A stretch of 64,000 nucleotides of DNA from Candidatus Thorarchaeota archaeon (GCA_046482545.1 JAWOEX010000013.1:32001-96000); one strand, 5' to 3'. Positions 9,314 to 20,272 are shown, counted from the first letter of the stretch. Numbers and translations: made by a program. The notes: a model not told the origin generated them from the letters alone.

Positions 9314-10402
9314 ATGTTAGAACAATCTGAGTTCAGAGATCGCAGGTATGCCAATGCCGTTTTGAAACAGATCAAACAGTTGAGCTCGGGAAAGGCTATC
9401 AGAATTGTTCACGTGTGCGGCACCCATGAACACACTATAAGCCACAATGGCATACGTACAATTCTACCAGATGAAATCGAGCTAGTTGCAGGCCCTGGCT
9501 GTCCAGTTTGTGTATGTGCGGCTGAAGATATTGACAAGGCTATAGAACTAGCAAGACGTGACCATATTATTACAACCTTTGGTGACATGATGCGAGTTCC
9601 AGCTACTGACTCAACGCTTGCTGAGGAACGAACAGCTGGTGCTGACGTTAGGGTTGTCTACGGACCGAATGATGCAGTAGAAATTGCAAGAAAGAACCCT
9701 GATAGAAAAACTATCTTCGTCGGTGTTGGTTTCGAAACTACGGCCCCTACAATCGGAGTAGAAATTATGAGAGGCCCTCCTGATAATCTCTCGATACTGA
9801 CATCACTCAAGTTGATACCTCCTGCGATGCATCTGCTGGTCAACTTGGAAGGATTCGACGTGGATGGCTTCATAACTCCGGGTCACGTATCTACTATCAT
9901 TGGAACTGAAGTGTATCAGAGTATCGCCGAGGAACACAATGTCCCCTGTGTTGCAGCCGGTTTCGAACCTTTAGATGTATTAGAATCAATCAGAATGATC
10001 CTGATTCAGATTAGAGAGGGAAGGACGGATTCAGAGAATGAATATTCGCGGGTTGTTCGCCCTCAAGGGAATCCCGCTGCTCGGAAAATCCTTGAAGACG
10101 CTTTCAAGATTGATGATGCTCCTTGGCGAGGCCTTGGTGTCATCGCGGATTCAGGATACTACATTAGAGACGAATTCTCAGAACATGATACAAGAAAACA
10201 GTTCGACTTCCCGCAGAAGGAATCCGTAGACATACTACCTGGTTGTGTCTGTCACGAGGTTATCTTGGGTATGACAGATCCCGTTGAATGCAGACTCTTC
10301 GGAACGCGTTGTACGCCGGATAATCCCTATGGTCCATGCATGGTGGGATATGAAGGGACATGCAGAATCAGGGCCGAAAGCATGGCTCTCCAGCAAGATT
10401 AG
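9314..10402 (+). CDS. hypD: hydrogenase maturation protein HypD
   Basis: VCGTHE, GPGCPVC, GFETTAP, PGHVS, GPCMV motifs. Confidence 0.97.
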   Translation: MLEQSEFRDRRYANAVLKQIKQLSSGKAIRIVHVCGTHEHTISHNGIRTILPDEIELVAGPGCPVCVCAAEDIDKAIELARRDHIITTFGDMMRVPATDSTLAEERTAGADVRVVYGPNDAVEIARKNPDRKTIFVGVGFETTAPTIGVEIMRGPPDNLSILTSLKLIPPAMHLLVNLEGFDVDGFITPGHVSTIIGTEVYQSIAEEHNVPCVAAGFEPLDVLESIRMILIQIREGRTDSENEYSRVVRPQGNPAARKILEDAFKIDDAPWRGLGVIADSGYYIRDEFSEHDTRKQFDFPQKESVDILPGCVCHEVILGMTDPVECRLFGTRCTPDNPYGPCMVGYEGTCRIRAESMALQQD

Positions 10403-10415
10403 TGACATATGGGTG

Positions 10416-11051
10416 TCAAAAACTCTCAAATTGAAGTAGCTCTTCTCTGGTATTCGCATTCTTGAAGCTGTCGAGGCTAGGATCTACCTGTTTTAAGATT
10501 TCCACAGAAACGAATAAGACATCTTCTAGTGCATTCACAAGGTCTCTCATCTTGAGTGATTGACTATCAAGCAACCTCTTGGCCTTGGAAGCTGCTGATG
10601 TAGTCTTGTATATTGAATGGAGCGGTTCAATGTATCCTGAAGGCCATAGCGGTACCACTGCATCATGATTGTTTCGGAGCCCCAGAATCAGTTCAATAAG
10701 AGGGGGTTTCAGCAGAGGTGTGTCGACTGGAAGCAACTGACAGAATTGCTCTTCACAGGATGTGAAGGCAGCCAGTGCCGCAGTGAGTGGACAACCGGGA
10801 TACCCGTCTGAATCGAGGACTACAGGAATATTGTTGATAAGCGGCTGAATCTGCTGTTTTTGTTTGTCGTTTGACACAACAACAAATACCGAGTTGGAAA
10901 TCTTCTGTGCAAGCTCAACCATGTGTGAGATGAGTGGGTTTTGATGGAATCTTGCCAATGATTTGTTGCTATGAAACCTATTTGATTGTCCTCCACTGAG
11001 TATTGCAAGACAAGTATCACTCTCCATTGTAGACTCCCCAGGTTGGAGCAC
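10416..11051 (-). CDS. mobA: molybdenum/tungsten cofactor guanylyltransferase
   Basis: ILSGGQSNRF..K, PVDTP, EPLHSIY, NANTREEL. Confidence 0.85.
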   Translation of the reverse strand: MLQPGESTMESDTCLAILSGGQSNRFHSNKSLARFHQNPLISHMVELAQKISNSVFVVVSNDKQKQQIQPLINNIPVVLDSDGYPGCPLTAALAAFTSCEEQFCQLLPVDTPLLKPPLIELILGLRNNHDAVVPLWPSGYIEPLHSIYKTTSAASKAKRLLDSQSLKMRDLVNALEDVLFVSVEILKQVDPSLDSFKNANTREELLQFESF

Positions 11052-11360
11052 AATCAGTCAATTTGCGTGAATACAACAAGTCAATCTTGCCGCGGCACAT
11101 GGATAGTCATAAGGATTGCTTATCTCCTTATATTTTCCTCTTAGTACCTTGATAAGATACTCATCTATCATGGCCAAAATCTATCCGCCAATATAGTGCT
11201 GTGATGATATAGCGGCGCTTTGGCTAGCCGATATAAAACACAAACAGGCCGCTTTCTTCCCCTTGTCTGAAAAATTTGCTATTGATTACTACCCTCTCAG
11301 TACTCTTTTTACCCACCAAAGAGATAAAAAGAGTAGTTGAGGGCCAAAATCTGAGCTACG

Positions 11361-12134
11361 ATGCCCGGCAAGGTGTGGAACTATATCACAGAAAAGCTGG
11401 ATACTGATGGAGCCCTTCACTTCTCACTGCTCGATCCAGACCCGCTGAAGATGACTGCTGAAAAATGCATTGAACTAGCCACCATAGCTGAGGATGCAGG
11501 TACTGATGCCATAATGGTTGGTGGCAGTACGATATTCGGGGTAGTTGACCCTGTTGTAGAGGCCGTTACCGAAGCCCTAGATATTCCGACTATTCTCTTC
11601 CCTGGTAACATAACCGGCGTGTCAGAGCACGCTGATGCAATGTTCTTCATGAGTCTTCTAAACAGCACCAATCCGTATTGGATTATAGGGGCACAGGCAT
11701 TGGGTGCAGGTAAGGTTAGGCTTTCTGGCATTGAAACCATTCCCATGGGCTATCTCCTTATCGAGCCTGGTAAGACCGCAGCTTGGGTGGGTGACGCGAA
11801 GTGCTTTCCGAGAGACAAACCAAAACTTGTTCTTATGTACGCGCTAGCTGCTCAATTCATGGGTTTTGATCTGGTGTATCTAGAGGCTGGCAGTGGTGCA
11901 GAGGGCGGTGGCGTACCTACTGAAATTATTCAAACGGTGGATCAATATTGTGAACTACCGATAATTACAGGAGGCGGCTGCAACGACCGAGAATCAGCTG
12001 TTAGATTGGTAGAGGCCGGAGCCTCAATTGTGGTGCAGGGCACCTACATTGAAGAAAACTGCCGCGAAGACCGAGGTAAAGGCTTGGCTACCATCATTGA
12101 AGGTCTTAAAGATGCAGCTTCGGACCGTGTATGA
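11361..12134 (+). CDS. geranylgeranylglyceryl phosphate synthase
   Basis: HFSLLDPD, DAIMVGGS, ILFPG, SLLNS, YLEAGSGA motifs. Confidence 0.95.
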   Translation: MPGKVWNYITEKLDTDGALHFSLLDPDPLKMTAEKCIELATIAEDAGTDAIMVGGSTIFGVVDPVVEAVTEALDIPTILFPGNITGVSEHADAMFFMSLLNSTNPYWIIGAQALGAGKVRLSGIETIPMGYLLIEPGKTAAWVGDAKCFPRDKPKLVLMYALAAQFMGFDLVYLEAGSGAEGGGVPTEIIQTVDQYCELPIITGGGCNDRESAVRLVEAGASIVVQGTYIEENCREDRGKGLATIIEGLKDAASDRV

Positions 12135-12196
12135 GGATTGTTTAAATAGTCTGAACATGTGAAACAGTCTCAGATGCATCGGGAGGATTTGGAATC

Positions 12197-12589
12197 TTGT
12201 CAGCTAAGACCGAAATGCTCAGAGAACTGCTTGAGGACTTAAGCCGTGCCTCCCAAGGCAATATTGAGGCCAGTATCATAATATCGCGATCGCAGGGCCT
12301 TCCAATTTACAGCTGGTTTCCGGAAGATTCTTCTGATGATGTACCCACTGAAGATGTGATTGCGGGGCGATCAATGCAGATTCAAATGGAGACAAGGAAG
12401 GTATTCAAAGAGCTGGAACGGGGCTCTATGGTGCGAATGCTTGTCGAAGGGAACAATGGGTACGCTATAATCTGCGGAGCCGGCGATGAGGCGATTCTTG
12501 CGGTATTAACCAACAAGAGAGTTAACCTCGGCTATCTTTTCTTTATGATGTCTCGCATAGCAAAAGGGATTGAATCCGCTCTCGCATAG
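12197..12589 (+). CDS. roadblock/LC7 (MglB-like) domain protein
   Basis: IEASIIISRSQGLPI...ELERG...GAGDEAILAVLT...NLG pattern. Confidence 0.88.
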   Translation: MSAKTEMLRELLEDLSRASQGNIEASIIISRSQGLPIYSWFPEDSSDDVPTEDVIAGRSMQIQMETRKVFKELERGSMVRMLVEGNNGYAIICGAGDEAILAVLTNKRVNLGYLFFMMSRIAKGIESALA

Positions 12590-12594
12590 ATATG

Positions 12595-12655
12595 TAACCT
12601 GTTTCTTAAAGATGAATTCACTCTGTTCTTTGTTGTGAGGGATATTTGTTCCTCG
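12595..12655 (-). mobile_element. short remnant of dispersed element (copy B)
   Basis: TAACCTGTTTCTTAAAG matches the conserved element end; the rest is degenerate. Confidence 0.6.
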
Positions 12656-12693
12656 TGCTTTCAACCGTTCCACAATTCTTTAATTGCCTTTGA

Positions 12694-13668
12694 ATGCATG
12701 CTTTTTGTGAGTCGGCCTCTCAGACGGTGACTGTTGTGTCGGAAGAAGAAAAGAATACTACAAATGAAGAAGAACAGGACGAGGACGAATGGGCCAAGTG
12801 GAAAGAAGCGGGCATTGTAGCTAATGAAGCTCTAGATATTGCACGTGAGATGATTGAACCAGGTACCAAAGTCCTCGATATTGTTGAGGCTGTTGAGAGC
12901 TACATTTTGGAGAATGCCAGTGGGATATCTTTCCCATGCAATGTTGCCATCAACAACGTTGCCGCACACTATACCTCTCCCCTCGGCGATGAAACCGTTA
13001 TAGAAGAAGGCGATCTCGTGACTATCGACTGTGGAGCACACATCGATGGATGTATTTCAGATTCTGCCTTTACTATTGCTCTTAATCCCGATCATGAGGA
13101 TTTGGTTCAGGCGTCAGTGGATGCCACGAATGTTGCTATCAAGATGTTTCGACCTGGTGCTAAGCTCAATACGATTGGGGCTCTGATAGAACAGACAATC
13201 GAGGATGCAGGCTTTAAACCAGTGAAGCAGCTAACCGGACATCAACTGAGAGAATACGAGCTCCACGCAGAGAAGCAAGTGCCATGTGTATCAGGCAAAT
13301 CCGAAGTGAAAATTGAGGAAGGAGAGATCTATGCGGTCGAAACCTTCGCGAGCACTGGGGCAGGGAATGTTACTGATGGTCCCGATGCGTTTATCTATCA
13401 ACTCCTGCCTGTACGCGTGCCTGTACGGTTCAGAGGATCCAAGAAGTTCTTGGCCATTGCTCGAAGTGAATATGGTGAATTCCCTTTTGCGGAGCGCTGG
13501 CTGGCAAAAGAAATGAAGCACGCATCACTCAAAATGGCAATCAGAGAGCTGGAAAAGAATGGCGTGCTTATCGGTCATAATGTTTTGTCTGAGAAAGAAG
13601 GCGAGTTGGTTTCTCAGCACGAACACACCGTCATAGTCACCGAGGACGGTTACCTCCAGACTACCTAG
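12694..13668 (+). CDS. map: type II methionine aminopeptidase
   Basis: AAHYT, DCGAHIDG, LTGH, AVETF, SQHEHT; real start probably GTG near 12736. Confidence 0.96.
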   Translation: MHAFCESASQTVTVVSEEEKNTTNEEEQDEDEWAKWKEAGIVANEALDIAREMIEPGTKVLDIVEAVESYILENASGISFPCNVAINNVAAHYTSPLGDETVIEEGDLVTIDCGAHIDGCISDSAFTIALNPDHEDLVQASVDATNVAIKMFRPGAKLNTIGALIEQTIEDAGFKPVKQLTGHQLREYELHAEKQVPCVSGKSEVKIEEGEIYAVETFASTGAGNVTDGPDAFIYQLLPVRVPVRFRGSKKFLAIARSEYGEFPFAERWLAKEMKHASLKMAIRELEKNGVLIGHNVLSEKEGELVSQHEHTVIVTEDGYLQTT

Positions 13669-13858
13669 TCATCTGTAAAATTCTGAGAGGCCAAAAATAT
13701 ACTCTCCTAGACTAGGTACCGCTACTATTATTCAAAGGTTCAACAGATACCAGTTAGAGACCCATGTTATGGTATATTCTGGCCTATCACTTGTTCGAAA
13801 CATGGACCACTACACAGCTTCAACTGAATCGTTTACGGAAGCTATGAGAAAGACAGCA

Positions 13859-14254
13859 CTATCGTCTTCCCTGTCTATGGCTCCAGTCTATTTTGATTTT
13901 CTCGGGCGGAAAACCTAAATCCGATAGCACATCTTCAATTCTGCCACGATGATCACCCTGTAGTTCAATGTGACCATGTTTGGCAGCACCTCCACATGCT
14001 AGTTTACTCTTCAGCTGTGAAGAAAGATCGTCGAGATCTATGTTCTTATCGAAATTGCTCACAATAGTATACATTCTTCCCCATTTTCGGCGCTCGACGG
14101 TTACTTCTATCTGTGCCTCTTCTTGTGCAATAGTCTCACAAACGCACAAGTCTTTCGGTAATCCGCAGTTTGGACATATGCCACCTTCGTCTTCGCTCAG
14201 TAAAAATTCCACCTTCATTCTTAGGTTCTTATTTGCTTGGGTGTTTACGCGCAA
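13859..14254 (-). CDS. sui1: translation initiation factor aIF1 (SUI1)
   Basis: CPNCGLP.DLCVC, LKSKLACGG, IELQGDH; real start likely downstream. Confidence 0.94.
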   Translation of the reverse strand: MRVNTQANKNLRMKVEFLLSEDEGGICPNCGLPKDLCVCETIAQEEAQIEVTVERRKWGRMYTIVSNFDKNIDLDDLSSQLKSKLACGGAAKHGHIELQGDHRGRIEDVLSDLGFPPEKIKIDWSHRQGRR

Positions 14255-14267
14255 TCATGGCATATAA

Positions 14268-15881
14268 GTGCTACCAACTAATAGATGTACATCCATGACT
14301 CAGAAGACTCTGATTGTTGACGCCTTAGCCGCGGGTTCAGGAAAGCGAACCAGTTCAAGGGACTCCATTGGCTGTGGACCGAGAAGCATTGCAGGCATAT
14401 TTGAGAAAAGCGACATACCGTGCAGAATCAAACGAGCTGAAGAATTACTTCAAAAACCTGCCCGGATGAAGAGGTTCTCCCACATCGCTATTTCAGCCAT
14501 GACCATGGACCTGCCGGCTACCCAATCTCTCATTGGATTATGGCGCTATCGTCAACCATCCGGCAAAGTGATTCTGGGGGGTCCCATCACACAAGCACCG
14601 GAACACATACTTAAATCATTGAAGCCAGATGTGCTTGTTGTGGGTGAAGGGGAAGCTACCCTTGATGAACTACTCTCTGCTGGATTCCTTGAAGGTTCTG
14701 TTTCACTATCCTCCATAGACGGAATCGGTTACTTGGAAGAAGGCAAACCGGTACTTACAGATCCTCGCACACCCCTTTCTGAGCGGGATATTTCCAAAAC
14801 ATACATTCCCTCAACTGTACGAATCGTTGACTACACGACCTACCCTGCAGCGAAGGTGTATGTAGAAACTGTTAGAGGTTGCTCCAACTTCAATCGAACG
14901 AGGATTCAACTACCTGACGGAAGAAAATGTTCAGAGTGTGGAAATTGCGATTCGGATAATCCCCGTGTGCGAATGAATTGCCCTGAAGGAATTCCGCCAG
15001 GTTGCGGGTTCTGCAGCGTGCCCTCTGTATGGGGACCTCCTAGGAGCAGGTCTGCGAATTCGATTGTAGACGAGGTTCAAGAGCTTCTAGAATTGGGTGT
15101 TCATAGGATTGTTTTGGAGGCTCCGGGTTTCTTGGACTATTTTCGTGGAAGATATCCTCTAACGAATCCATGCAATCCGCCACCGAATTTGGATGCTATA
15201 TCCGATCTTCTGGACCGCCTATCCGCATTGCCACAGTTTGCGAATGGAACAGCTCACTTGAGTATCGAGAACATCAAGGCTTGCCTGTTCGATGAGAGTG
15301 TCGCACAGATTCTTTCACAAACGGTTCCAGAGACCTCTCCCAACATAGGTCTTGAAACGGGATCTGAAGAACACCGTCAGAGAATTGGAAAATGTGGTAC
15401 TATATCCGGTGTGCTAGATGCTGTCGAAGTGGCTTCTGAGTACAATCTCAATCCGTATGTCTACTTAATCTATGGGTTGCCGGGTGAAACTAAGGAAACC
15501 GTGGCAGAGTCAATCAAGCTCATGCACAAGCTTCACGAAGCCGGAACAAGGCGCATAATCCTTTATGGTTTTCGTCCGTTACCCAGTTCAGCGTTCGAGT
15601 CCTTTCCACCTCCACAAGTGGGCGAGCCGGTGACAAAGCAATTGAGGAAGGAGGCTGCCCGGATTAACCGATATGAGAAGCAGTCCTATATGGGAAAAAC
15701 AATTCGAGGCGTTGCAGCCGAACCTTCTTGGTCACGTCATGGTTACACTATGGTCTACCCTCTCGGAGAGGGACCAATCATCACCGTTCATGGTGGATTC
15801 ACTCCTGGCACACTACTCGACGTAAAAATCACTGATGTTTTGAGTGAGAATCTTCTTGCGGGTAAAGTTGTACGTTCTTGA
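14268..15881 (+). CDS. B12-binding-domain radical SAM protein with C-terminal TRAM-like domain
   Basis: GEGE, ETVRGC...GCGFC split CxxxCxxC, GLETG, YGLPGE. Confidence 0.85.
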   Translation: MLPTNRCTSMTQKTLIVDALAAGSGKRTSSRDSIGCGPRSIAGIFEKSDIPCRIKRAEELLQKPARMKRFSHIAISAMTMDLPATQSLIGLWRYRQPSGKVILGGPITQAPEHILKSLKPDVLVVGEGEATLDELLSAGFLEGSVSLSSIDGIGYLEEGKPVLTDPRTPLSERDISKTYIPSTVRIVDYTTYPAAKVYVETVRGCSNFNRTRIQLPDGRKCSECGNCDSDNPRVRMNCPEGIPPGCGFCSVPSVWGPPRSRSANSIVDEVQELLELGVHRIVLEAPGFLDYFRGRYPLTNPCNPPPNLDAISDLLDRLSALPQFANGTAHLSIENIKACLFDESVAQILSQTVPETSPNIGLETGSEEHRQRIGKCGTISGVLDAVEVASEYNLNPYVYLIYGLPGETKETVAESIKLMHKLHEAGTRRIILYGFRPLPSSAFESFPPPQVGEPVTKQLRKEAARINRYEKQSYMGKTIRGVAAEPSWSRHGYTMVYPLGEGPIITVHGGFTPGTLLDVKITDVLSENLLAGKVVRS

Positions 15882-16024
15882 CCGTAGTCTCATTCTTTCT
15901 CAGAGTATAGTTTGTGCAACGCTAAGCAAAGCTTCATATGTCCAAAATCAGCTCCTTTGTCTGTGGTTACTATCAGCTAGATGTTGCCACATTTTACATA
16001 ATAGCACAGGATGGTTATCCAATA

Positions 16025-16168
16025 ATGGTCTACGTATGTCGCAAATGCAGGAAAGAAGTCACTACCGAAGGTCTAGAAACCTTGCCGGGTGTCAAATGTC
16101 CATATTGCGGTAGCAGAATCCTATACAAGGTACGCCCTCCAGTAGTTAAGCGAGTCAAGGGAGTCTAA
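16025..16168 (+). CDS. rpo12: DNA-directed RNA polymerase subunit Rpo12 (P)
   Basis: MVYVCRKC...KCPYCGSRILYKVRP. Confidence 0.95.
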   Translation: MVYVCRKCRKEVTTEGLETLPGVKCPYCGSRILYKVRPPVVKRVKGV

Positions 16169-16289
16169 CCCTCCTTTTCCGCCTTCTATGGCTTGAATAT
16201 GAGATAGGCAGCAGCCACAACTGATGCCAAAAACAGTAACACCAATAGAAATGACATTATCTTCCGCTTTAGACTATATCTCATGAACT

Positions 16290-17303
16290 CTATTCCTCCT
16301 TTTCAACAAGAATGTCTCCAACCTTTCTGAGGTCTTCGATTCCTCTGATCTCTTCTTCGTACAAAGGTAGCTCTGTAATGTGCATATCATGAAAGAGATC
16401 TCTAATATCAGCTAGGTTTCTTTGCTGCATTTCACGACGATGACTGCAAAAGGTACAGTCTGGATTGGGGGGGACAATCTGGTTTACTATTATATTGTCC
16501 GAAGGAATGTCCCATGCTGCAAGACTCCCGAGCAGGCGCTGGGTTTCAAATACTGCCATGGCTTCGGGAATCATGACAACAACAAACTGGGTAATATCCG
16601 GATTGGACAATTCATCTCGTGCTAGTTTGATTTTTTCCTTTGTTTGCTGGAGCATTTGCCATGATGTATCTTCTTGTTCTTGATTTCCGAACATGCCTTT
16701 CAAACCAGACATCATTGAGCTAAGCCGTTGCCTGAGTGTCATGATTCTCCCTAACCAACTGTCTAACAAATCTGGCAGTTCCAGAAGCTTCAGGGTGTGG
16801 CCCGTTGGAGCTGTATCGAAAATCACCCGGTCATAGGAAGCATCTTCCACAAATTCCAGAATCTTACCAAATGCCATCGCCTCATCTGATCCTGGCGGCG
16901 ACATTCCCCCCATATCTCCCATAAGCTGAGATGCCATCTGGCCTTCAGCACCAGCAGTTCCAGATCCTAGCATATCCTGAAACTGTTGCATCCCCTTGTC
17001 CGTATCAATTTCCATTCCCCAGAGCTTATCCACACCTTCAATTGGTATGACATCACCCCCAGATAGGTTCTGATTAAAGCTGTCACTGAGACTATGGGCT
17101 GGGTCAGTAGATAACACCAATGTACGGAAACCATGTTCTGCAGAAAGAAGGGCCATTGCTCCCGCGCAGGTTGTCTTTCCGACACCACCTTTACCACCTG
17201 AAAGGATGAATCGCACAGTATCATTGTATACAATGTCATGCAGGGTCATCAGTGGACTCCACTTGGAATCTCCTGTACAGTAGTCTATTAATTCTTTCAT
17301 CAA
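16290..17303 (-). CDS. Get3/TRC40/ArsA family ATPase
   Basis: GGKGGVGKTT, STDPAHSLSD, DTAPTGHTL, CxxC; Met-rich insert typical of Get3. Confidence 0.93.
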   Translation of the reverse strand: MMKELIDYCTGDSKWSPLMTLHDIVYNDTVRFILSGGKGGVGKTTCAGAMALLSAEHGFRTLVLSTDPAHSLSDSFNQNLSGGDVIPIEGVDKLWGMEIDTDKGMQQFQDMLGSGTAGAEGQMASQLMGDMGGMSPPGSDEAMAFGKILEFVEDASYDRVIFDTAPTGHTLKLLELPDLLDSWLGRIMTLRQRLSSMMSGLKGMFGNQEQEDTSWQMLQQTKEKIKLARDELSNPDITQFVVVMIPEAMAVFETQRLLGSLAAWDIPSDNIIVNQIVPPNPDCTFCSHRREMQQRNLADIRDLFHDMHITELPLYEEEIRGIEDLRKVGDILVEKEE

Positions 17304-17423
17304 AGCTATTTTCGAGAAAGACAGTCATCTTGCTCGTATCCGTTTGAGGTAACCTTTAAGCCGGGCCATTTCACGTCAACACCCCGGTAGCAATACCCCC
17401 GAAGACCAAAGAGGAAAAACCTG

Positions 17424-18146
17424 ATGTCATTTCCACAGATTAGAACCTATCCGCAGGAGTTCACGTCTACCCTTCTCAGCCTGCTGAATGTGGAATCACC
17501 GGGTTTTCTACCATCCCCCAATAATGAGTTGATGGAACGGTTTAATCCTAACTCAATTTTCCTTATCATGATTGACAACTTCGGCCTGTTCGAAGCCGTT
17601 GTGTACAAGCCCGAGGCCCTGATTAAGAAGCTCGAGGCCGTAGCCGTCTTGGAGACTGAAGAGCCCTACGCCATACCCCTTATTGACACAATTCTGAATG
17701 GTCCTGAAGAACAGGAATTCAACCTCTTACAGCATGTCTCTGGGAGTGGTAAAGTAGTACAGGCCATCTGTCGAGAGGACGACCAGAAACAGTTCGGTCT
17801 TGACCCGTTGTTCACCATAACTATCAGAAACGATATGTCTGCTTACGTCGAGTCTACGAAACACATCTTCCGAAGCCAGCTACTTTACGTGCACTTCCTT
17901 GATTTTGAAAGCCTATACGCAAAACACGGGCATCGTACACCTCCGAAGAAGCTCTTGAAGAAAATAGTACGACGTACCGATAACTGGATCAAAGTCTTCT
18001 GGAGACAGGCTCGGAAAGACACTCTTTTCGTCGTAGTAGGCAATCACGGTAGGACCAAGATTCCACTTGATTATGATGACAAGTTGGCTGAGTGGCGTAA
18101 TGCCAACGCTCCCATAGCCGTGATGTTCCAGAAGCGAACTAAATAG
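17424..18146 (+). CDS. hypothetical protein, degenerate alkaline-phosphatase-superfamily fold
   Basis: LIMIDNFG and VVVGNHG echo the DGxG and xDHG motifs. Confidence 0.55.
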   Translation: MSFPQIRTYPQEFTSTLLSLLNVESPGFLPSPNNELMERFNPNSIFLIMIDNFGLFEAVVYKPEALIKKLEAVAVLETEEPYAIPLIDTILNGPEEQEFNLLQHVSGSGKVVQAICREDDQKQFGLDPLFTITIRNDMSAYVESTKHIFRSQLLYVHFLDFESLYAKHGHRTPPKKLLKKIVRRTDNWIKVFWRQARKDTLFVVVGNHGRTKIPLDYDDKLAEWRNANAPIAVMFQKRTK

Positions 18147-18936
18147 CCGTCAGAATTCCTGGTAGGCCGAATGCTATAGCAATCGCACCGAGAACGAGAC
18201 ACAATTTCCAGAACTTTATCCGCTTGGTTAGTCTGAGTAGAGATTCCATTGAAGCTAAGCCTACAGTGAACACGATGATTTCAGTGATAGCCAAATCAAT
18301 CGGAGTCATTTGTGGTGGTAGGGAGGCACCCGTAATCATCTCAATAGCAAAGATACCAAGAACTGCAGGAACACTCATAAGAAAACTGAGCTTCATTGCT
18401 GCCTCTTTATCGACCCTCTGCATGAGCAATGAAGAGATAGTAAGGCCAGATCTGCTGAGTCCCGGCAAAATCGCAAATCCTTGTATCAATCCGGCAACAG
18501 CAGCATTTTTGATTGATGTTGCCCTAGTTGTAACGTTCTCAGTACCGCTCCTCGTGGGCAGATAGAGTATGATTGCCGTAAACACTAACAGCATCCCGAC
18601 CATGGTATTCAAGGTCTCACCGTGGAAGGTGGATAGGCTAGACTTGAGTAGTATATACAGGGGGATTGCCGTAACAGCGGTACAACCAGTAGCCACTAGT
18701 AAGAGCTTGAAAAGATTCTTGTCCTGAACTGTTATGATAGACAGTATTTCTCTGGGATATCTAACAAGAACCGCACAAGCAGTTCCAAGATGAAGCCATA
18801 CAATCAGGGTTAGAAGACTTTCAGCTGGAAATGTAGCGAAATTGTAAACGAACAGCATTGTTTGCCCTTCGCTACTGATGGGTAGCCATTCAACAAGTCC
18901 CTGAAGTAATGCCACGACCGCCTGCCATGGTTCCAT
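18139..18936 (-). CDS. uppP: undecaprenyl-diphosphate phosphatase (BacA/UppP family)
   Basis: QGLVEWLPISSEG, HLGT, PGLSRSG, SFLMSVP. Confidence 0.92.
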   Translation of the reverse strand: MEPWQAVVALLQGLVEWLPISSEGQTMLFVYNFATFPAESLLTLIVWLHLGTACAVLVRYPREILSIITVQDKNLFKLLLVATGCTAVTAIPLYILLKSSLSTFHGETLNTMVGMLLVFTAIILYLPTRSGTENVTTRATSIKNAAVAGLIQGFAILPGLSRSGLTISSLLMQRVDKEAAMKLSFLMSVPAVLGIFAIEMITGASLPPQMTPIDLAITEIIVFTVGLASMESLLRLTKRIKFWKLCLVLGAIAIAFGLPGILTAI

Positions 18937-19006
18937 CTAGTTTATCCTCTAGCGCAAACCAGCTGGCGAAGACTTAAAAGCTCCTCTAAACCTGCCGACC
19001 CCGAGA

Positions 19007-19684
19007 GTGTTGGTGCGAAATATGGTTCTTGACAATGGACGATTTCTAACTCAAGAGCTGGCAAATATAACCCAGATGCTTGAGGAACACTTCCGGTTTG
19101 CTCTTTCTGCAAACAAGATAGTAACACAGAGCCTCAATATGTGGCTTGACGAGGGAGAGAAACTTTCTTCAGACAAACTGGAGAAAATCACCTCCATAGA
19201 AGAAAGAGCAGACCAGTTGAAGCGGTCCATTCTCAATGAACTCGCAAAAGCCAACTCACTCATACAGCGCGAAGACCTTCTGCGACTTGTTCATTCTAAC
19301 GACAAGCTGATTGATGGAGCGGAAATAGCCTGTTATCATTTGGCTGCAGTGGCCAGTAAGTGGAATCCCAGTGACAAACTCAAGAGAGTGGTTTCCAAGA
19401 TAGGTGAAAAAATCATTTCCACCGTAACCGAACAGAAGGAAGGAGTGCGGTTTCTCTCCATTAACATGGAGAAGTCAATGGAGAAGGCAAATCAGATTTG
19501 CAGTATTGAGAAGGAAATCGATATCCTCCAACGAGAAGCTATCACCTTATTATATCCTTCAGATGTTGATATAGCTATTGTCCTTAGGTTCAGAGACTTC
19601 CTTAACACACTCGAGGAGATTGCCAATCTGAGTGAAGATGCCGCTATTACTATACGGTCACTTTCTCTCACCTTGCGCACGTAA
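19007..19684 (+). CDS. DUF47 / PhoU-like phosphate transport regulator
   Basis: IEERADQLKR, REDLLRL..D, IEKEID, EEIANLSEDAA. Confidence 0.85.
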   Translation: MLVRNMVLDNGRFLTQELANITQMLEEHFRFALSANKIVTQSLNMWLDEGEKLSSDKLEKITSIEERADQLKRSILNELAKANSLIQREDLLRLVHSNDKLIDGAEIACYHLAAVASKWNPSDKLKRVVSKIGEKIISTVTEQKEGVRFLSINMEKSMEKANQICSIEKEIDILQREAITLLYPSDVDIAIVLRFRDFLNTLEEIANLSEDAAITIRSLSLTLRT

Positions 19685-19708
19685 TCACTACAGGCGAGTG
19701 ATGTCACT

Positions 19709-20272
19709 GTGTCAGAGATATCAAGTGAGATAGAAGGTCAGCTGGTCAATGACCGAACTATAGTATGGAATCCTGACCACAGCAGCATGCTCTATAGAAT
19801 AGGCTATTTTGGACAACCTGTAGGTATCAGGAAACCCAAATCACCTGATTTTGAAAAACCACTTCAACTGTCTTTGCTGGAAAGTATCTACCTTAGTGAA
19901 GAGGGCATATTGGTTATCAAGAATGCAGAAAATGAGCGCATCCTTGAGAAGACTGAACTCATCCAGATAGGATTAGAGAAGACGCCTGATTTCAAAGTTC
20001 GATACCGGGTATATTCAGAGCTTCGTAAGCGCGGCTATGTGGTACGGCCCGGGCTGAAATTCGGTACAGATTTCGCTGTTTATGAAGAAGGACCCGGGGA
20101 AGATCACGCACCCTTCATGGTCCATGTAATCCCGCAGAAGAAAGGTGTTGATCCGCTTGATATTGTACGGGCAAGTCGTCTAGCCACAAGTGTGCGCAAG
20201 AAATTCATCATTGCCACTGTGGAAGACCGCGGTGATATTGGCTATTATTCCTTTGAATGGTTTAGGCCTTAG
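19709..20272 (+). CDS. endA: tRNA-splicing endonuclease
   Basis: LSLLES.YL, GLKFGTDFAVY, H, SVRKK catalytic residues. Confidence 0.94.
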   Translation: MSEISSEIEGQLVNDRTIVWNPDHSSMLYRIGYFGQPVGIRKPKSPDFEKPLQLSLLESIYLSEEGILVIKNAENERILEKTELIQIGLEKTPDFKVRYRVYSELRKRGYVVRPGLKFGTDFAVYEEGPGEDHAPFMVHVIPQKKGVDPLDIVRASRLATSVRKKFIIATVEDRGDIGYYSFEWFRP

